Shown here one piece after another: positions 59,406 through 64,000 of a stretch of 64,000 bases of DNA. Position numbers and translations under genes: made by a program. Numbering within the stretch: position 1 is the stretch's first letter; every line of letters starts with the position of its first letter. The notes under the pieces are model-generated. The model was not told where the DNA came from and did no database searches. It was given only the letters and a program-made list of their open reading frames with translations. The stretch spans positions 12,794,567 to 12,858,566 of the forward strand of contig CM120644.1 of the NCBI GenBank assembly GCA_051362555.1, written 5' to 3'. Source of the stretch: Lingula anatina (Eukaryota > Animalia > Brachiopoda).

Positions 59406-62400
59406 CATTATTATTATTATTATTATAAAGCTAATTTTTCATTTATTAATTTTAATTAAATTACTCAACAACTTGGATTTTTTTATGGAACACAAAGGAA
59501 AAGAAAACCAATAAAATTTAGTTGCTATTGACTTTATGTGTATGCTCCCTGTAAGTATTACAAAATGACAGTGATAATGCCAACGAGAGACTTCCTGGAA
59601 CTCCTTCAACAGCTAGCTCTGGCACATTTCATGTTTTGAAGCTCGCATATGGGACTGCACGAGCAGTCAAGTCTGAAAAAAAAAACTTTTCAATAGAAAT
59701 TCGCACACGAGAGAGTGGGAGTAGGCCTACATAATACAATTCAAAATATGGCAGTAAGAATTGCTTGACTTCATATTCCAAAATAAATGATATTCAGAAA
59801 GGTAATGTTCAATTCTGGCAGGATTCCAGTGATTTCTATCCAGTCATCTCTTGCTATAAGGCAACTACTTCTGCTAAGGCGACTTCGGCAATATCTTTCA
59901 CTTTGTCTTGAAATGTGCGTTACATTCGTCAGTAAATCTCCGAATCGTTGTCCATCGGACAGGACTTTATTCTATTTATTTATTTTATCATATTATTATT
60001 TTAAGTGGGGTCTAAAGATTATATTGGGGCCCCATTCACAAGAAATGCATCTTACACGCAGGAGCCAGCTCCACATTTGCAGGTGTCACATAGCCCCTTG
60101 GTTGATCTTGCGCACATTGGTATAGGATTGCAGGCTGAAATAAGTACACCAAATCGGTAATTCATCGCTTTCATCAGGTGGTGGTTATTGTCAGAGTTTC
60201 AGATGTCATTAGACTGCTCTGTTGTTAAGCATACGAAAACCACCCCCAATTGACACTAATTGCTTATGCTTATCGCGCTCAGGATAACCAGTCACGAATT
60301 TACCCACATTACAAATATGCAATTTTATTATTATGATTATTATCATTATTATTATTATAATTAATGACATTTCCAACGACACCTGAGAAAATCGAAGGCT
60401 TAGGGCCTATAACAGAAGGATATCTGACAAAATGACACTGTGTGCGACATCTGACACTGGTCTGACTCCTGTGGCCATTAAAATTTCGTGCGACCGGAAG
60501 ATCTTTCAAAATGTGTAAATGTAGTGGTCCGACACGCCCAGTTGATTTTTTTTGTGCTTAAAAACAAACTTTTTTCAACAATTTTCCATAAACATTTTTG
60601 AATGCGTCTACATGGGTGAAAGTGTTCCAGAAAGATTCGATAAAATCGACGTTTAATGATTACAAGTATTAATTTGAAATGGGTGTACAATGTCCTGCAA
60701 ATGTCCTGCTTGGTCGCAATTTTAAATTTGATTTGTACCAGCGATTTTTAAATCGTATCAGGCGACTTTTAGGAAACTGGAAGTCAGAATGGCCAGTAAG
60801 CTGAAAGTTTATGGTACAGGCCGACGTGATGTATATTTCCGCCTTAAACAGTGTGTTAAAACTGCTACAACTGCAACTGCTTCAGTAGGAGACTTAAAAG
60901 CGCACAATCACCATATATAGGTGTTGTTTAAGTATTGTAAAAGTTTTATTCTGGTATATTTAACATACCTTTCAAGACTCCGTTCCTGCAGCCATAACTG
61001 GCATCTGTCACTTTGCCCACTGCTGCGCTGAAGCAAGCAAGAACCAATGCGGTTATCAGCAAACGCTGCATGTCAGGAATATCGTCTTCCAACCAAAAAT
61101 ACTCGAGCGTTGTCTATACTCAGTATGGTTGCACATTGAAGCGAAGCATTATTTAAAGGTGTCAGTCGGCGTGCTCAATTATTTGACAATTGCTGTGCCT
61201 TATTAAGACCATTATTGCAATTCCGGCTTGAAATAAAATACTTAATGGAAAATATACATTCATCATTACTTTCATTTCGTGTGCTGATTAGGAACTTGAA
61301 AACAAGCTTTTTTGTATTTGGATTGTTCAATAAGGCGCTTGGCGTGAAATTAGAAATAATTTCGACGTTATTGAAGTAAATTTATACTGATAATTCTTCC
61401 CACAAGTTGAAGTTATTTTCTGACAATGACTTTTCCAACATGATGCAAATTTGGCATTTATACTTTATTCCGATAGTCTTTCTGAATGTATGCTTTTTTG
61501 TGATATGTAAAATAATCAATGGTTTAAAATCAACATAGAAACTGCATATTATCACAGGAGTAAGGACACAGCATGAAGAACACATCCAGTGGCCTGCTGT
61601 TGTACTTAAAAAAATTACAGGTTAGTAAATATGTCCATCTTTTTGTCCCTGTCAATGCCAGCGACTACTGGACTATCATATACAACAAAGATGATGCGTT
61701 TGGAAACTGAATAATTGACATTTCAATTTTGAGAATTTGTGGGCTGTCCTGGAAATGGATCATTAAGGGATAACCCTGGAATCGAAAATATGCTATCTTT
61801 GCACCGTATGGGGATTGCCATCACCTTGTAAATGTTCCAGAAATTTTTACTCTGCGCACAGACGCGTCAGGTGTGTTTTCCAATCCAGAGGACACTGAAT
61901 AAAAGACCAAAATGTGGCTCTGATTTTTAATACTATAATTACCTTATTCATTAGGTGTACAATCAGAGAAAACAATTGTGAAAAAATCATTCTACAACTT
62001 GAACCATAAAACCGGCAATTTGAGTTTTCGGCATGGTCCATAATAGGGCTAATCTGCCCGTGTCACTAATAAAAACCCTGCGAAATATTTTCATGAGGCA
62101 TGATATTGACAAGAACGGCTTCTGTTCTACATATTCTTTGGCATTATGGCGAGAAATCATTGATTTTCAAATAATAATAATAGTAATAAATAAAATAAAA
62201 TAAATATAAAAATTACAAAAGATTAATAAATGGTGTATCACGGAAAATCAATCTATACTTTTAATTATTCATTCTATATAATCCGTTTATCACTAGAATT
62301 CAAAACTGACTTATTGTGTCTTTAGAGCATGTTCATTTTTTTTTTGACAAAATGCTTATGATCAAAAACTGTTTGGTACAGTATATACATAATTATTTGA

Positions 62401-63228
62401 ATATTTTAAGTATTAGCCCAACAGACGTGAAACATCAGCGATGAAATGTGCCCAGTAGCAAAGTGAAGCTCTTTGTCACTTGACAACCAGTATGAAAATG
62501 GAGCTCGGTGTTTACATTGAAATATGCATGTACAACATATAACTAGGTGATGATAGGAGATTTATAAAACGTTGAATATAGGACACTAGTTGTCGAACAT
62601 ATCACCAGGTGAAATAGCAATAGAATATGATTGTATTGAAGAGGGTTATACGCTTATGGAAATATTACTTAATACAATTTGTTAGAACACTGTTGGAGGA
62701 CTAGGACTGTTTTCTGGTAAGTAACGTTCGCAATGAAACATATGGGTATACAGGTAGGCTGCAAAGAAAGTATCGGCAACTTCACCGATGTGCTTCAAAC
62801 ATCACTTCCAATTTGATAAGCAATTGGTCAACAAAATTTTGATCTTCAGCTGTGATTTTTAGCTGCCGATATTTGGTAAACATTAGTATCAGGTTTCCCC
62901 CAATATTTGGCTATTGTTTTAAATAATATGTCTAGGCACGAATGTTTAAAGGTCATCACTGTGAATCATGGGCATTCCCTTAAATGGATTATTGTGAACA
63001 TGTAGGCTCCTTCTATTTTATACTGGATGATCGAGTGTTGTGTAATTCTATTAATGCCCTTTTTAGAAAACTTGACCTTGTAAGGATGTTCTCTACTAAG
63101 TCGATAACTTTGCTGCTGCTGGTGACTATTGAAATTATTGAGTCTTCAGATGGGGTGAAGGTAGGTCCAGAAACAAATGTGTCGTTTTTTGTTTTATTTT
63201 ATTTATTAAATTTATTTAATTTTTTTTT

Positions 63229-64000
63229 TATAAAACCAACAACAGAAGTAAGGAACTTGGGTGTTATTTTTAATAACAAATGTGAAATGACATCACACAT
63301 CAACAAAGTATGTAAAACAGCATATTTTAGTCTCCAACAAATATCCAAGATCTGTCACCTTATTAACACCAAGCAAACTGAATTACTCATCCATGCATTT
63401 GTAACTTCTAGACTGGATTATTGCAATAGCCTATTGTTTGGAATACCTAACTATCAAATGGAAAAGTTACAATCAATTCAGAACTCTGCTGCTCGTCTCC
63501 TCTGTAAAGCTCAGAAGTCCGAACACATCACACCAATTCTGCGAAACCTCCACTGGCTACCCGTGTCTCAACGAATAGTTTTTAAAATATTACTTTTGAC
63601 TTTCAAGATTTTTAATGACGACTGTCCATTTTACTTAAACTCTACCATAGAACTTTTAACTCCTATCAGATCACTTCGATCTAGTGGACAACTTCAACTT
63701 ACGCGAAAAGACACCAAAAAGACTCTTAAAACATATGGACACAGAAGTTTCGAGATTTGTGCACCGATTTTATGGTCTAATTTTATCACAAGATCTAATG
63801 TGTCTCTGGATGACTCATATTACTGTTTTAAGAAGAATTTAAAAACTTTTTTATTTAAAGAATACTTTAATTTATAGCATCTTCTTAGTTTTTAAATTTT
63901 TTAAGTTTTCTGTTTTAGTTTATACTGGCTTTAATTTATCTGTGGAGTTTTAATTTTTTATGTAAACAGCGCTGAGACGCATGTGTAGCGCGGTTTTAAA
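63229..64000 (+). mobile_element. 5'-truncated L2/CR1-group LINE (C-terminal part of RT ORF2 + 3'UTR)
   Basis: VRNLGVIF..HINKVCKTAY..LIHAFVTSRLDYCNSLL..LQSIQNSAARL..HITPILRNLHWLPV..RIVFKILLLTFK, ending at stop 63877. T-rich 3'UTR and L2-type end TGTAAACAGCGCTGAG..GTAGCGC. The first ~80 aa of the listed ORF are unrelated flank. Confidence 0.9.

Noticed and set aside
62984-63228. N-terminal part of the 297-aa ORF as a host-LINE fusion gene
   Set aside because: AT-rich flank that happens to be in frame with the truncated L2; no sign of a real chimeric gene.
1-64000. Prokaryotic systems (CRISPR arrays, operons, defence islands)
   Set aside because: The window is spliceosomal-intron-containing animal DNA; no regularly spaced repeat-spacer array or bacterial-type gene was seen.

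Overview
AT-rich, intron-containing animal genomic DNA. It is probably lophotrochozoan (mollusc-like), but the taxon cannot be fixed from sequence alone. The supplied ORF track mostly catches exon fragments, so I rebuilt gene models by hand from GT-AG junctions and frame phase. Centre of the window: a 14-exon chitin synthase (+, 20677-31026, ~1622 aa, no myosin head) with an antisense tRNA-Lys(CTT) in an intron. Head-to-head with it is a secreted protein joining a 10-Cys Ly6/uPAR three-finger-like domain to a ChtBD2 chitin-binding domain (-, 14385-18202). Tail-to-tail with it is a PAN/Apple + CASPR-type fibrinogen-like gene (-, 32766-38405). Further right: MSL1 (+), WDR12 (-), a frameshifted secreted EF-hand-like gene, a Helentron-type non-autonomous element and a 5'-truncated L2 LINE. 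MITEs are scattered throughout. Best leads: the putative chitin synthesis/chitin-binding module; a long Tyr/Asp-rich extracellular loop with an RRKR furin site in the chitin synthase; a UIM-like motif in MSL1; and foldback elements whose loop is better conserved than their arms.
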